A stretch of 64,000 nucleotides of DNA from an uncultured Chloroflexia bacterium. Its GTDB lineage: Bacteria; Chloroflexota; Limnocylindria; Limnocylindrales; CSP1-4. Position numbers and translations under genes: made by a program. Positions 33,441-44,291 of this stretch are shown piece after piece. The notes beneath the pieces are model-generated. The model saw nothing but the letters and a program-made list of their open reading frames with translations, was not told where the DNA came from and ran no database searches. The stretch covers positions 46,830 through 110,829 of the forward strand of contig CAVQVT010000009.1 of the NCBI GenBank assembly GCA_963717255.1, in the 5' to 3' direction. Within the stretch, counting starts at the first letter, position 1. Each line of letters starts with the position of its first letter.

Positions 33441-34222
33441 CAGGCATCGCCTCCGGTCGCCGCGACCGCGGAGGCGCCACCCACCACCACGGTCGTGTCC
33501 CCGAGGACGATCACATCGCCCATCCCGAGCGTCACCTCGGTGACCTGCTCGTCGCGAAGGAACGTCCCGTTCGTGCTCCCCAGGTCGGACAGGACGAGGA
33601 AGCCGCCGCGGGGGGCGATCCGCGCGTGCCGGCGCGAGACGCGCCCGTCCGCGAGGACGATGTCGCACGCAGGGTCGCGGCCGAGCACGACCGGGCCTTC
33701 GCCGATCTCCACCCGGCGGACACGGCGGGAAGGCTCGCGCACCTCCAGGGAGGCGTGCACGGCCTGCGCACGAGGCACCTCGAAGACGCGTGTCGGGTCG
33801 GCGTCGAGCGGGCGGGACCGTGGACGGGTGCGGGGTCCGCGCGCCCCCGCGGGATCGATGACCGCGACGCGCGCGTCGCCGGCCGGGGCATCGGGCTCGG
33901 CGACGAGCGTCACGGTGGGGAGGCGCAGCATCGTGTACCCGTGCGAGCGCGCGAACGCGAGCGTGCTCCCCGCGAGCGCTTCCGCGAGGGCGGCCTCGCC
34001 GCCCGCCTCGGCCGCCAGGGCGTCCAGATCGGCCGGGCGCATCTCGACGACGAAGGCGTCAGGGACCAGGATCCGGTCGCCCGAGCGGCGGCGTCTCTCC
34101 TCCGTCACGCGATCCAGGCGACGCTCGACGACGACGCGGTGGATCGGCGCACGGAAGATGCGCGCGGACGAGCGCTCGAAGACGCGCTCGAGGGATCGCT
34201 CGAGGAAGGAGAGGGGGCGCAT
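33440..34222 (-). CDS. fhaA: FhaA-like protein (DUF3662 N-domain plus C-terminal FHA)
   Basis: MRPLSFLERSLERVFERSSARIFRAP...ILVPDAFVVEMRPADLDAL...LGRDPACDIVLADGRVSRRHARI...DLGSTNGTFL. Confidence 0.8.
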   Translation of the reverse strand: MRPLSFLERSLERVFERSSARIFRAPIHRVVVERRLDRVTEERRRRSGDRILVPDAFVVEMRPADLDALAAEAGGEAALAEALAGSTLAFARSHGYTMLRLPTVTLVAEPDAPAGDARVAVIDPAGARGPRTRPRSRPLDADPTRVFEVPRAQAVHASLEVREPSRRVRRVEIGEGPVVLGRDPACDIVLADGRVSRRHARIAPRGGFLVLSDLGSTNGTFLRDEQVTEVTLGMGDVIVLGDTTVVVGGASAVAATGGDA

Positions 34223-34361
34223 AGGCCGCCCGGAGTCTAGCAGAGGGAGCACGACCTGCCGGCGCGTGGGACCCATGTCCCGGGTGCACCCGAGCGGCAG
34301 GTCGGTGTACGCTCGCCCTTCGAGCCATCCGGTTCGACCGGCAGGCAGCGCGCGAGAGACG

Positions 34362-35516
34362 ATGACCGCTCCGATCACCGGGATGTATTGCGACCGCTGT
34401 GGCGCGCGCCACGAGTTCGAGCGCGCCAGGCCGAGCGGCGTCGCGCGCCTGCGCTCGCTCACGCGCAGCGTCCGCGGCTACGTCCTCAACGAGACACCCA
34501 CGTTCGGGGACGCGATGACCGACGCCTGGTCGCGCCTCGAGGAGGACGGCGCGCTCGAGCAGTACGCCGAGGTCCAGAAGACCTTCTCGTTCTGCCTGGA
34601 CTGCCGCGGGTACGTCTGCCACGACTGCTGGAACGAGAAAGCCGGCCGCTGCCTCACCTGCGTCCCGCTGCCGGGGATGGAGGCGGTGGCCGAGTCGGCC
34701 ATCGCCGACCGGCTCGACCTGGTCGCCGGACCTGCGCCCGAGGCGTCGCCCACCGTGCCCTCGGCGCCGACCGAAGCGGCACCCATTCCGCGCTCTCCCG
34801 CCGCCGAGACGTCGCCCGTCGTGCCGGCCGCCGCGTCGGTCGAGGAGATCGAGATCCCGGTCGTCGCCGTGGAACCCGCCGGACCCCATGATGCCGACGT
34901 CGAGGCGGCGGCGGAAGGCGCGAGCATCGAGAGCGTGGACGTGGTCCCAGGGCTGGCGGGCATCGCGCCCGAGGCGCCGACGTCGAAGCCGACCGAGCCG
35001 CGGCGTGCCGGCGAGGACGCGGACGTCATCGCCGCCGCCGTGGCGGCCGGGATCATCGCCGCACCCGCCGCACCGTCACCCGCGGCGCCCGAGGCCGCGA
35101 TGGAGGTCGTGACCGAGCGGCCGGTCACGACGCCTTCGGCGGTGTCGGAGCCGGAGCCGACACCCGCGCCCGTGGCGGCGGTCACGGGATGGCCGTCGGA
35201 CCTGGATACCCCTGCATCGGCCGCGGCGACGGCGGCCATCGCGCCGCCGCCGGCCGGCGCGGGACCCGAACCCGCGGCAGCGACTCCAGCGATCGCGGCG
35301 CAGGCAGCGCCCGCCCCCGTTGCCGACGTGGTTCCGGTCCCGGGACCGTCACCCGCGCGGCCGGTCCGCCGGAGCGATCGACGGCGTCCCGCACCGCCGC
35401 GCCGGACGCCGTCTCCGGTCCACTGCCGCCAGTGCGGGCTCCAGGTGCCCGCCGTGGCGCGCTTCTGCCGCCGCTGTGGCGAACGCCAGGGCGAAGACGC
35501 CCCGGCCCGAGCCTGA
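34362..35516 (+). CDS. hypothetical zinc-ribbon protein with a long Pro/Ala/Glu-rich linker
   Basis: N-terminus YCDRCG...FCLDCRGYVCHDCWNEKAGRCLTC; C-terminus HCRQCG...FCRRCG. Divergent from fhaA. Alternative start at 34383. Confidence 0.55.
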   Translation: MTAPITGMYCDRCGARHEFERARPSGVARLRSLTRSVRGYVLNETPTFGDAMTDAWSRLEEDGALEQYAEVQKTFSFCLDCRGYVCHDCWNEKAGRCLTCVPLPGMEAVAESAIADRLDLVAGPAPEASPTVPSAPTEAAPIPRSPAAETSPVVPAAASVEEIEIPVVAVEPAGPHDADVEAAAEGASIESVDVVPGLAGIAPEAPTSKPTEPRRAGEDADVIAAAVAAGIIAAPAAPSPAAPEAAMEVVTERPVTTPSAVSEPEPTPAPVAAVTGWPSDLDTPASAAATAAIAPPPAGAGPEPAAATPAIAAQAAPAPVADVVPVPGPSPARPVRRSDRRRPAPPRRTPSPVHCRQCGLQVPAVARFCRRCGERQGEDAPARA

Positions 35517-35602
35517 CCCGACCTCACCGGAGAGCTGCGAGCGTCGCGCCGTTCCCGGATCCCCGCGGCGGGGTCGCGCCCGACCCCCGGCCCAGCGCTC
35601 GC

Positions 35603-36571
35603 CTATGCGGGCTTCGCGCTGCCGTCGCCGCCGAGCGTCTCCGGGCTCCCGGGCCGGGTCGGCCGGGGCGCATCCACCCGCCGGGCGATCCACGCGACGC
35701 CGAGGAGGACCACCTGGGTGCACAGCGAGAGCCAGACGAGCGCGGCGAAGAGCGCGATGAAGGTGCCGTAGATGGCGAGCGATCGGAAGAAGATCGGCGC
35801 GACGAGGGCGAAGACCTGGGTCACCAGGCTGATGACGATCCCGGCGACCAGCGCCGGCACGGCGGCATCCCGCCACGGGACGCGCCGCGCGGGGATGTAC
35901 CAGTAGGCGAGGAAGAGCGCGCCCACGAACCATGTCGTCATGAGCACGAGGGCGATGACCCTCCGCACGAGCTCGTCCGGGCCGCCCGACGGGACGATCG
36001 AGAGGTCGGCGACGAAGAGGAGCAGCGCCGCGGCACCGAGGACGCTCCCGACGAAGAACCCGACGCAGGCGAGGGACTCGATGGTCTGTCGGACGACATC
36101 GCGGCGCGGCTCGCGCGGGAAGAAGAGCGCGACGGATGTGTCGAGCGCGGCGTAGACGCGGCTGGAGCCCCAGACGACACCGATGATGCCGATGAGCGAG
36201 AAGGTCCACGCACCCTGGGAGATCTGAGTCAGGATCTCGGAGATCAGCTCCTCCAGCGGCGGGACCTGCGCCGCCAGGATCTCGAGGAGACGCGCGCGCT
36301 CGGCCGGATCGGCGATGAGGAAGCCCAGGATCGAGACGAGCAGCAGCAGGGTCGGCAGGATCGCGACGATCGTGCTGTAGGCGAGCCCCGCGGCGGTGAC
36401 CCCACCCCCGGCCGCGCCATACCGATCCATGAGGTCCATCACGAGGATCGCCGGGGGTAGAGCCAGGACCCTGTCGGCCAGCGGGCGGACCCGACGTTCG
36501 GCGCGGGCCGCGAGGCCCGCCACCCCGCCGTCCGCCTGGGCCGGGTCGCCTGCGTCGTCGCGCCCGGCCAT
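35603..36571 (-). CDS. YihY/BrkB (ribonuclease BN-like) family membrane protein
   Basis: 322 aa, 6 TM, GLAYSTIVAILPTLLLLVSILG and the FFRSLAIYGTFIALFAALVWL pattern. Confidence 0.8.
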   Translation of the reverse strand: MAGRDDAGDPAQADGGVAGLAARAERRVRPLADRVLALPPAILVMDLMDRYGAAGGGVTAAGLAYSTIVAILPTLLLLVSILGFLIADPAERARLLEILAAQVPPLEELISEILTQISQGAWTFSLIGIIGVVWGSSRVYAALDTSVALFFPREPRRDVVRQTIESLACVGFFVGSVLGAAALLLFVADLSIVPSGGPDELVRRVIALVLMTTWFVGALFLAYWYIPARRVPWRDAAVPALVAGIVISLVTQVFALVAPIFFRSLAIYGTFIALFAALVWLSLCTQVVLLGVAWIARRVDAPRPTRPGSPETLGGDGSAKPA

Positions 36572-36575
36572 CGCG

Positions 36576-36818
36576 TCAGTCCGCGAGGTCTTCGAAGAGG
36601 ACCGGCTGGACGTCCTCCACCCGCACGCGCGTCGCGGGTCGGAGCATGGCGCGGACCTCCGCGCGGCGCACGTAGCGCCGGCCGCCGGGCTTGATGCTCG
36701 ACAGGCGGCCGGCGCGCGCCCACCTGCCGACGGTCTCGGCCGTCACCACGACGTTCGCGTCCGCGAGGATCCGCGCGGCCTCCTCGAGCGTGACCCAGTC
36801 GGCCGCAGTCCTGCGCAT
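36576..36818 (-). CDS. excisionase/MerR-type helix-turn-helix DNA-binding protein
   Basis: MRRTAADWVTLEEAARILADANVVVTAETVGRWARAGRLSSIKPGGRRYVRRAEV. GGGGGTGAGG SD. Confidence 0.7.
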   Translation of the reverse strand: MRRTAADWVTLEEAARILADANVVVTAETVGRWARAGRLSSIKPGGRRYVRRAEVRAMLRPATRVRVEDVQPVLFEDLAD

Positions 36819-36822
36819 CGCC

Positions 36823-37158
36823 TCACCCCCCGTCCGTGGCGTCACTCGAGACGCCGGCCGCGCCGCCCCCGGCGGCCCCGCCGCCCCCGGCGGCCCCGCC
36901 GCCCCCGGCGGCCCCGCCGCCCCCGGCGGCCTCGCTCGCGGCGGACGGCTCGGCTGCCTTCTTCGACGCCGCACCGGAGACGCTCTTCCGGTCCTTCTTC
37001 GCCCAGCCGCTCCCGCGGAAGTGGATGGTCGGCGGCGCGAACACCTTCGCCAGGGTCCCGCCGCACTCCGGGCACTCGGCCGGACCCTGCGCATGGATGC
37101 CGTGCGCGACCTCCATCACGTGGCCGCAGGACTCGCACACGTAGTCGTAGATCGGCAC
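36823..37158 (-). CDS. FmdB-family zinc-ribbon protein with (AAGGGG)n C-terminal repeat
   Basis: MPIYDYVCESCGHVMEV...ECPECGG, the family-defining N-terminus. Confidence 0.8.
   Translation of the reverse strand: MPIYDYVCESCGHVMEVAHGIHAQGPAECPECGGTLAKVFAPPTIHFRGSGWAKKDRKSVSGAASKKAAEPSAASEAAGGGGAAGGGGAAGGGGAAGGGAAGVSSDATDGG
36862..36931. repeat. perfect 18-bp tandem repeat, 3.9 copies, in frame inside the FmdB-like gene
   Basis: The unit gccgcccccggcggcccc is repeated head to tail. It encodes AAGGGG x3.9. Confidence 0.9.
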
Positions 37159-37188
37159 GCTCGATCGAACCTCAGTCGCGGAACCGGG

Positions 37189-37908
37189 TCACGCCCGGAG
37201 CAGTCGCATCCCGCACTTGGGACAGTAGAACGCTCGCTCCCTTCCCGCCGCGAATCCACAGCTGGGACAGACCAGCCCGCCGCCCGACCGGGCCGGCACC
37301 GAGGCCTCCTCGGCGGCGACCGGTCCCGCCGCGGACGCGGACTTCAGGCTCGTGACGATCGCGGAGAGCACGCGCGATGCGGCTCGGTCGGTATCCCCGC
37401 GGATGCCGCGGCCACCCCATCCGACGACGCCGCGCGCGATGAGGTCGCCCGTCGCTTCGTCCCAGTGGGCGGCGACTCCACCGACGATCGCGTCGAACCG
37501 CGGGTAGCCGGCCGTGTCCACCTCGCCGGCCAGCAGGCCGCACGCGAGGGTGTCGAAGGCCGGGTCGAGCGCCTCGACGGTCTCGAGCACCATCACGGCA
37601 TGGCGGGCGATGGGTCCCAACTCGCTGTTCGCGCTCACCCACTGGAAGGCCTCGGACGGCCGCTCGAGGTCCGGCGCGGCCTGGGCGAAGTCCACCGTCC
37701 GGGGCTGCACGATCTCGACCGGCGTCAGCGACACGCCGGCGAGGATCCCCGGGAGCGACTGGAGGACGCCGGGGCCCGGCGGCATGTGGAGCCCCTCGCT
37801 GGACTTCGCGCCGTATGCGAGGCGCATCGAGTAGTCCCGGGCGTCGACGACCTCGGGCTGGGGCTCCGGCGTCGCCTCGACCGGCTTCTTCTTCCTGAAC
37901 AGGCTCAC
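37189..37908 (-). CDS. hypothetical protein with C-terminal zinc ribbon
   Basis: VSLFRKKKPVEATPEP... ending CPSCGFAAGRERAFYCPKCG. GTG preceded by GGAGGACG. This is the tail of track ORF 37189..38448. Confidence 0.55.
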   Translation of the reverse strand: MSLFRKKKPVEATPEPQPEVVDARDYSMRLAYGAKSSEGLHMPPGPGVLQSLPGILAGVSLTPVEIVQPRTVDFAQAAPDLERPSEAFQWVSANSELGPIARHAVMVLETVEALDPAFDTLACGLLAGEVDTAGYPRFDAIVGGVAAHWDEATGDLIARGVVGWGGRGIRGDTDRAASRVLSAIVTSLKSASAAGPVAAEEASVPARSGGGLVCPSCGFAAGRERAFYCPKCGMRLLRA

Positions 37909-37960
37909 GGCTCGCGTCCTCCAGCGTCCGCGCCATCGTAGCGACTCCGCGCCCGACGCC

Positions 37961-40681
37961 CTAGCCCCGGAGGCGCTCCCGGAGCCTCGCCGCGAGATCG
38001 GCGAGCTCGGCCTCGCGCGCACGGGCTCCGTCGACGACCGGCCCCGGCGCCTTCTCGACGAACGCGGGGTTCCCCAGGCGGGCCCGCGCGCTCGCGAGGA
38101 GCGCCTCCGTCTCGGCGAGCTCGCGCTCCAGGCGCGCGCGCTCGCGCTCGGCGCCGTCGTCCCCGCCGGCCGTCGGCTGGACGACCGCCTCGGTCGGCCC
38201 CGCGATCGCCGCGAGCGAGCCCGGCACGCGCGCATCCGCGAGGTCGCCGGCCGACGCGACCCGGACGAGCGGGCGTGCACGCGCGAGGCGCTCGATCGCC
38301 GGCTCGAGCGCATCCCAGGCGACCGCGAGGTCCTCGCCGACCGCCACCTGGACGGGCAGCCACGCGGCGGGCTCGATCCGCGCCTCGCTGCGGGCGTTGC
38401 GGATGGCCCGGACGAGGTCGATCGCGGCCGCGACCGGGGCTTCCGCACCCGGGTCGATCTCGCCGGGCTCGGGCCACCGCGCGACGATCAGCAGGTCCGG
38501 GTCGTCGTCCGCGTGCGGCAGCTCGCCCCAGATCGCCTCGGTGACGAACGGGATGACCGGGTGGAGCAGCCGCAGGTAGGTGTCGAGCGCCTCGACCATC
38601 GTCCACCACGTCGCCTCGCGATCCGCCGGGGCGATCGCGGGGTCGCCCAGCCGGACCTTCGCCAGCTCGATCGCCCAGTCGCAGTAGTCGCTCCAGGTCG
38701 CGTCGTACAGCAGCCGCGTGACGTCGGCGAACGCGTACTCACCGAGCGCGCGGTCCACCTCGGCGACGGTCGTCGCGACCCGGCTCCTCAGCCACCGCTC
38801 CGCGGGACCCAGGCGCGCGAGGTCCGGCGCCCGCCGGGGCGTCCCGGCGGCGATGGTATCGGGCCGCGCGCCCAGCAGCCAGCGCGCCGCGTTCCAGAGC
38901 TTGTTCGTGAAGTTGCGCGCGTTCGCCAGCTTCTCGGCGCTGAATCGCTGGTCGTTGCCCGGAGCCGCGCCGTGGACGAGCGCGAAGCGCAGCGCGTCGG
39001 CCCCGGACTCGTCGATCGCCTCCAGCGGGTCGACGACGTTGCCCTTCGTCTTCGACATCTTCTGGCCGTACGGGTCGCGCACGAGGCCGGAGAGGTAGAC
39101 GATCGAGAAGGGCGGCTCGCCCATCAGGTGGATGCCCAGCATCATCATCCGGGCGACCCAGAAGAAGATGATGTCGTAGGCGGTCTCCATGACCGTGCCC
39201 GGGTAGTAGCGCGCGAGGTCTCCGGTCTCGTCCGGCCAGCCGAGCGTCGAGAACGGCCACAGGCCCGAGCTGAACCACGTGTCGAAGATGTCCGGGTCCT
39301 GGACGAGGTCGGCGGCCGGCCTCCCGCAGACGTCGCAGGATGCCGGACCGCCCGTGTCGGCCGAGACGGTCACGTGGCCGTCGGGGCAGTACCACGCCGG
39401 GATCCGGTGGCCCCACCAGAGCTGCCGGCTCACGTTCCAGTCGCGGATCTCCGTCAGCCAGTGCTCCCAGACCTTCTCGAAGCGCTCAGGGAGGATCACG
39501 GTCTCCCGCGACCGCGTGGCCGCGAGGGCGGCCTCGGCCAGCGGCTGCGTCCGGACGAACCACTGGGTCTTGAGGCGCGGCTCGACGACGTCGTGGCTCC
39601 GCTGGCAGCGCCCGATGACCATCTCGTGGGGCTTGGCCGCCACCAGGTCGCCCCGGGCCTCGAGGTCGGCGAGGATCCGCTGACGGGCCTCGTAGCGGTC
39701 GAGGCCCGCGTACGCGCCGCCGGCGGCGGAGATCCGGCCGTCGTCCTCCAGGACGTCGACGACCGGAAGCCCGTGGCGCTTCCCCGTGGCCGCGTCGTCG
39801 TGGTCGTGGGCCGGGGTGATCTTCACCGCGCCGGTCCCGAACGCCGGGTCCACCGCCGCGTCGGCGATGACCGGCACGTCGCGCTCCACGAACGGGATCC
39901 GGACCGTCCGGCCCACGAGTGCCCGGTGGCGTTCGTCGTCCGGGTGGACGGCGACGCCGGTGTCACCGAGGATCGTCTCCGGGCGTGTCGTCGCGACGTC
40001 GACCCCCTCGGCGATCGGCCGACCGGTCGCGGGGTCCGCCAGGTGGTAGCGGATGGTCCAGAGCGTGCCGGTCTCGGGCGTCGCGACGACCTCCAGGTCG
40101 GAGAGGCTCGTCCGGCACCCCGGGCACCAGTTGATGAGAGTCTCCGCGCGGTACGCGAGCCCCTCGCGGTGGAGGCGCAGGAAGGCCTCTCGGACCGCGC
40201 GGCTCGACGCCTCGTCCATCGTGAAGCGCAGCCGGCTCCAGTCGGCCGAGGCGCCCACTCGGCGCTGCTGGGCGAGGATGACCCCCTGCGTCTCCTCGAC
40301 GAAGCGTCCCATCCGCTCGAGGTAGCGATCGCGGCCCAGGCTCGCGCGGGTGTCACCCTCCGCGGCGATCACCCGGTCGAGGACGACCTGCGCGGCGATC
40401 GAGGCGTGGTCGAGCCCGGGCAGGAAGAGCGCGGGGCGGCCCTGCATCCGCGCGTGGCGGATCAACAGGTCCTCGACGGTCGACCGCTGGGCGTGGCCGA
40501 GATGGAGCGAGCCGGTGACGTTCGGCGGCGGCTGGATGATGACGAACGGCGGCGCGCCGGCGTCGGCGCGCGAACCCGCCCCGTCGGGCGCGAACACGTC
40601 GGCCGCCAGCCACCGGTCGTAGATCGCCGACTCGACCTCGGCGGGACGGTAGGCCGACGCGAGCCTCTTCTCCTCGCTCAC
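37961..40681 (-). CDS. valS: valine--tRNA ligase
   Basis: 906 aa. PPPNVTGSLHLGHA (HIGH), KMSKTKGN (KMSKS), C-terminal coiled coil. Confidence 0.95.
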   Translation of the reverse strand: MSEEKRLASAYRPAEVESAIYDRWLAADVFAPDGAGSRADAGAPPFVIIQPPPNVTGSLHLGHAQRSTVEDLLIRHARMQGRPALFLPGLDHASIAAQVVLDRVIAAEGDTRASLGRDRYLERMGRFVEETQGVILAQQRRVGASADWSRLRFTMDEASSRAVREAFLRLHREGLAYRAETLINWCPGCRTSLSDLEVVATPETGTLWTIRYHLADPATGRPIAEGVDVATTRPETILGDTGVAVHPDDERHRALVGRTVRIPFVERDVPVIADAAVDPAFGTGAVKITPAHDHDDAATGKRHGLPVVDVLEDDGRISAAGGAYAGLDRYEARQRILADLEARGDLVAAKPHEMVIGRCQRSHDVVEPRLKTQWFVRTQPLAEAALAATRSRETVILPERFEKVWEHWLTEIRDWNVSRQLWWGHRIPAWYCPDGHVTVSADTGGPASCDVCGRPAADLVQDPDIFDTWFSSGLWPFSTLGWPDETGDLARYYPGTVMETAYDIIFFWVARMMMLGIHLMGEPPFSIVYLSGLVRDPYGQKMSKTKGNVVDPLEAIDESGADALRFALVHGAAPGNDQRFSAEKLANARNFTNKLWNAARWLLGARPDTIAAGTPRRAPDLARLGPAERWLRSRVATTVAEVDRALGEYAFADVTRLLYDATWSDYCDWAIELAKVRLGDPAIAPADREATWWTMVEALDTYLRLLHPVIPFVTEAIWGELPHADDDPDLLIVARWPEPGEIDPGAEAPVAAAIDLVRAIRNARSEARIEPAAWLPVQVAVGEDLAVAWDALEPAIERLARARPLVRVASAGDLADARVPGSLAAIAGPTEAVVQPTAGGDDGAERERARLERELAETEALLASARARLGNPAFVEKAPGPVVDGARAREAELADLAARLRERLRG

Positions 40682-40682
40682 C

Positions 40683-41984
<1,302 letters not shown>

Positions 41985-42029
41985 CCCGTCCTCCCCGTCC
42001 TCTGCCCGCTCTCGCCCGGTCGCGATCCG

Positions 42030-42734
42030 TCAGGCGGCGCCGGACGGCTCGTCCGAGCCGCCCTTGCCCTTGCCGCCCTTACCGGGGCGGTCGGCGGGTG
42101 CCGCCGGCTCCTCCGCCAGCGCCTGCGCCTGGGCGAGCGCCCTGGCTGCAGCGACCGACGGCGGGTAGTAGACCGCGTCGATGATGCCGTACTCCTTGGC
42201 CTCCTCGGGCGACATGAAGAAGTCGCGCTCCGTGTCCTTCACGATCCGGTCGAGCGACTGGCCCGTGTGCCGAGCGAGGATCTCGTGGAGCATCCCCACG
42301 AGGTGCTCCCACTCACGCATCTGGATGAGCGCGTCCGGCGGGCTCCCGCGGAAGCCGCCGTAGCCCTGGTGGATCATCACGCGACTGTGCGGCAGCGCGT
42401 AGCGCTTCCCGGTCGTGCCCGCCGCCATCAGGACGGCCGCCATCGACGCCGCCATCCCGATGCAGATCGTGGAGACCGGGGCCTTCACGTACTGCATCGT
42501 GTCGTAGATCGCGAGCCCCGCGGTGACCGATCCGCCGGGCGAGTTGACGTAGAGGCTGATGTCCTTCTCCGGGTCCTCGGAATCGAGGAAGAGGAGCTGG
42601 GCGATGACGAGGTTGGCGATCGTGTCCTCGACGGCGTCGCCGAGGAAGATGATCCGCTCCTTCAGCAGGCGAGAGTAGATGTCGTACGCCCGCTCGCCGC
42701 GGCTCGACGACTCGATGACCATCGGGACGAGCAT
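42030..42734 (-). CDS. clpP: ATP-dependent Clp protease proteolytic subunit with a long C-terminal tail
   Basis: [19 protein letters not shown]...[10 protein letters not shown]...MIHQ. AGGAGGA SD. This is the tail of track ORF 42030..44267. Confidence 0.95.
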   Translation of the reverse strand: MLVPMVIESSSRGERAYDIYSRLLKERIIFLGDAVEDTIANLVIAQLLFLDSEDPEKDISLYVNSPGGSVTAGLAIYDTMQYVKAPVSTICIGMAASMAAVLMAAGTTGKRYALPHSRVMIHQGYGGFRGSPPDALIQMREWEHLVGMLHEILARHTGQSLDRIVKDTERDFFMSPEEAKEYGIIDAVYYPPSVAAARALAQAQALAEEPAAPADRPGKGGKGKGGSDEPSGAA

Positions 42735-42769
42735 GTTCCGTCCTCCTGCCGCGGCTTCTGCGCGCCCGG

Positions 42770-44119
42770 TCACGCGTGGGACCCCGGCGTCTCGCCGGGA
42801 TCCTCGACGTGCGGGAGCGCCGGATGATCGGGATGCGCGGCGAGCCACTCGTCGATGATCCTCTCGACGACGAGCGACCGCCGGATCGAGCTGCGCAGGG
42901 AGGCACGTGCCCGCTCGGAGCCGACGTATTCGACGAGGCGGGGGTTGGCGGCGTAGCGCTCGCGCGCCTCGGCGACCTCGGCCTCGATCCGCTCGGGGGG
43001 CACCTCGACGCCCTCGGCATCGGCGACGCGCGAGAGCACGAGCAGCGTCTTCACGCGCCGCTCGGCGTCCGGGCGCATCTCCCCGTGCATCTCCTCGGCG
43101 GTCTTGCCCGTCACCTGCAGGTACGCCTCCTCGGCGATCCCCTGGCGGGCGAGCGCGGCCTTCATCTCGTCGTGCATCACCTCGACCTCCTCGTCCACGA
43201 GGATGTCGGGCGGGTCCACGGTCGCGTTCGCCACCGCGTACTCGATGATGCGGTCCGCGAACCGGTGCCGGGCGCGGTCCAGGGCGTTGCGCTCGAGCCG
43301 GCGCTGGACCTCGACCCGCAGCGCCGCCATGTCGGCATAGTCGCCGACCGACCGGGCGAACTCGTCGTCCGCCGCGGGGGCGACCTTCTCGCGCAGCTCC
43401 TTGACGGTCGCGCTGAAGTGCGCCTGCTGCCCTGCGAGCTCGGCCTCCGGGTAGTCCTCCGGGAAGGTCACGTCGAACTCGACCGGCTCGCCGATGGTCG
43501 CGCCGACGAGCGCCTCCTCGAACCCGGGGATGAAGCGGCCGTCGCCGACGATGATCGGGGCGCGCTCCGAGGAACCGCCTTCGAAGGGGACGCCGTCGCG
43601 GGTCCCCACGAAGCCGATGATCGCGTAGTCGCCTTCGCGGACGGGACGGTCCTCGACCGGGTCCAGGCGCGCCTGCTGGTCGCACAGCTCGTCCACGACC
43701 TTGTCCACCTTCGCGTCGTCGATCTCGTCGATCTCCGGAGCGAACGGGAAGCTCCGGTAGTCGCCGAGCGCGACCTCCGGGGGGACGGCAACGGTCGCCT
43801 TGAAGAGGACGGGCTTGCCCTCCTCGGCCTGGACGACCTCGATGGAGGCGCGGGCGAGCGGGACGGTGGAGGTCTCGATGATGGCCTCGCGGTAGGCCGA
43901 CTCGACCAGCCTCTCGACGGCGTCGTCGAGGACCGCGCCGTCGCCGAGGACGCGCTCGAGCATGGCGCGCGGCGCCTTGCCTGGGCGGAAGCCGGGGACG
44001 CGCGTCCGGCGGGAGAGGCGGCGGACCGACTCGGCGACCTCGCGGTCGAGCCGGTCGGCGGGGACCTCCACCTCGAGGAGGACGGAGCTGTGGGGCGCGG
44101 GGGCAGTGGTGACGTTCAT
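42770..44119 (-). CDS. tig: trigger factor
   Basis: [28 protein letters not shown]...[15 protein letters not shown]. Gene order tig-clpP-clpX. Confidence 0.9.
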   Translation of the reverse strand: MNVTTAPAPHSSVLLEVEVPADRLDREVAESVRRLSRRTRVPGFRPGKAPRAMLERVLGDGAVLDDAVERLVESAYREAIIETSTVPLARASIEVVQAEEGKPVLFKATVAVPPEVALGDYRSFPFAPEIDEIDDAKVDKVVDELCDQQARLDPVEDRPVREGDYAIIGFVGTRDGVPFEGGSSERAPIIVGDGRFIPGFEEALVGATIGEPVEFDVTFPEDYPEAELAGQQAHFSATVKELREKVAPAADDEFARSVGDYADMAALRVEVQRRLERNALDRARHRFADRIIEYAVANATVDPPDILVDEEVEVMHDEMKAALARQGIAEEAYLQVTGKTAEEMHGEMRPDAERRVKTLLVLSRVADAEGVEVPPERIEAEVAEARERYAANPRLVEYVGSERARASLRSSIRRSLVVERIIDEWLAAHPDHPALPHVEDPGETPGSHA

Positions 44120-44196
44120 CGCCGGCCGATGATAGCAGCGGGGCACCCGCCCCGGCCGCCGCGCCCGGGGGGTCGACCCGCGCGGCTGGCTTCTCG

Positions 44197-44281
44197 TGGG
44201 CGAGGTCGGGGTCGAACCGACACGTCCCTCGCGGGACACCGGCTCCTAAGGCCGGCGCGTCTGCCATTCCGCCACTCGCCC
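44197..44281 (-). tRNA. tRNA-Leu (anticodon UAG), long variable arm, CCA not encoded
   Basis: Folded by hand: acceptor GGGCGAG/CTCGCCC, anticodon stem CCGGC/GCCGG with loop CTTAGGA, variable hairpin GTCCC-GCGA-GGGAC, T arm GTCGG-TTCGACC-CCGAC. Confidence 0.85.
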
Positions 44282-44291
44282 GGCGGCGAGT

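Noticed and set aside
36862-36931. Possible CRISPR array because of perfect direct repeats
   Set aside because: The 18-bp units are contiguous with no spacers, lie in frame in a coding region, and no cas genes are present.
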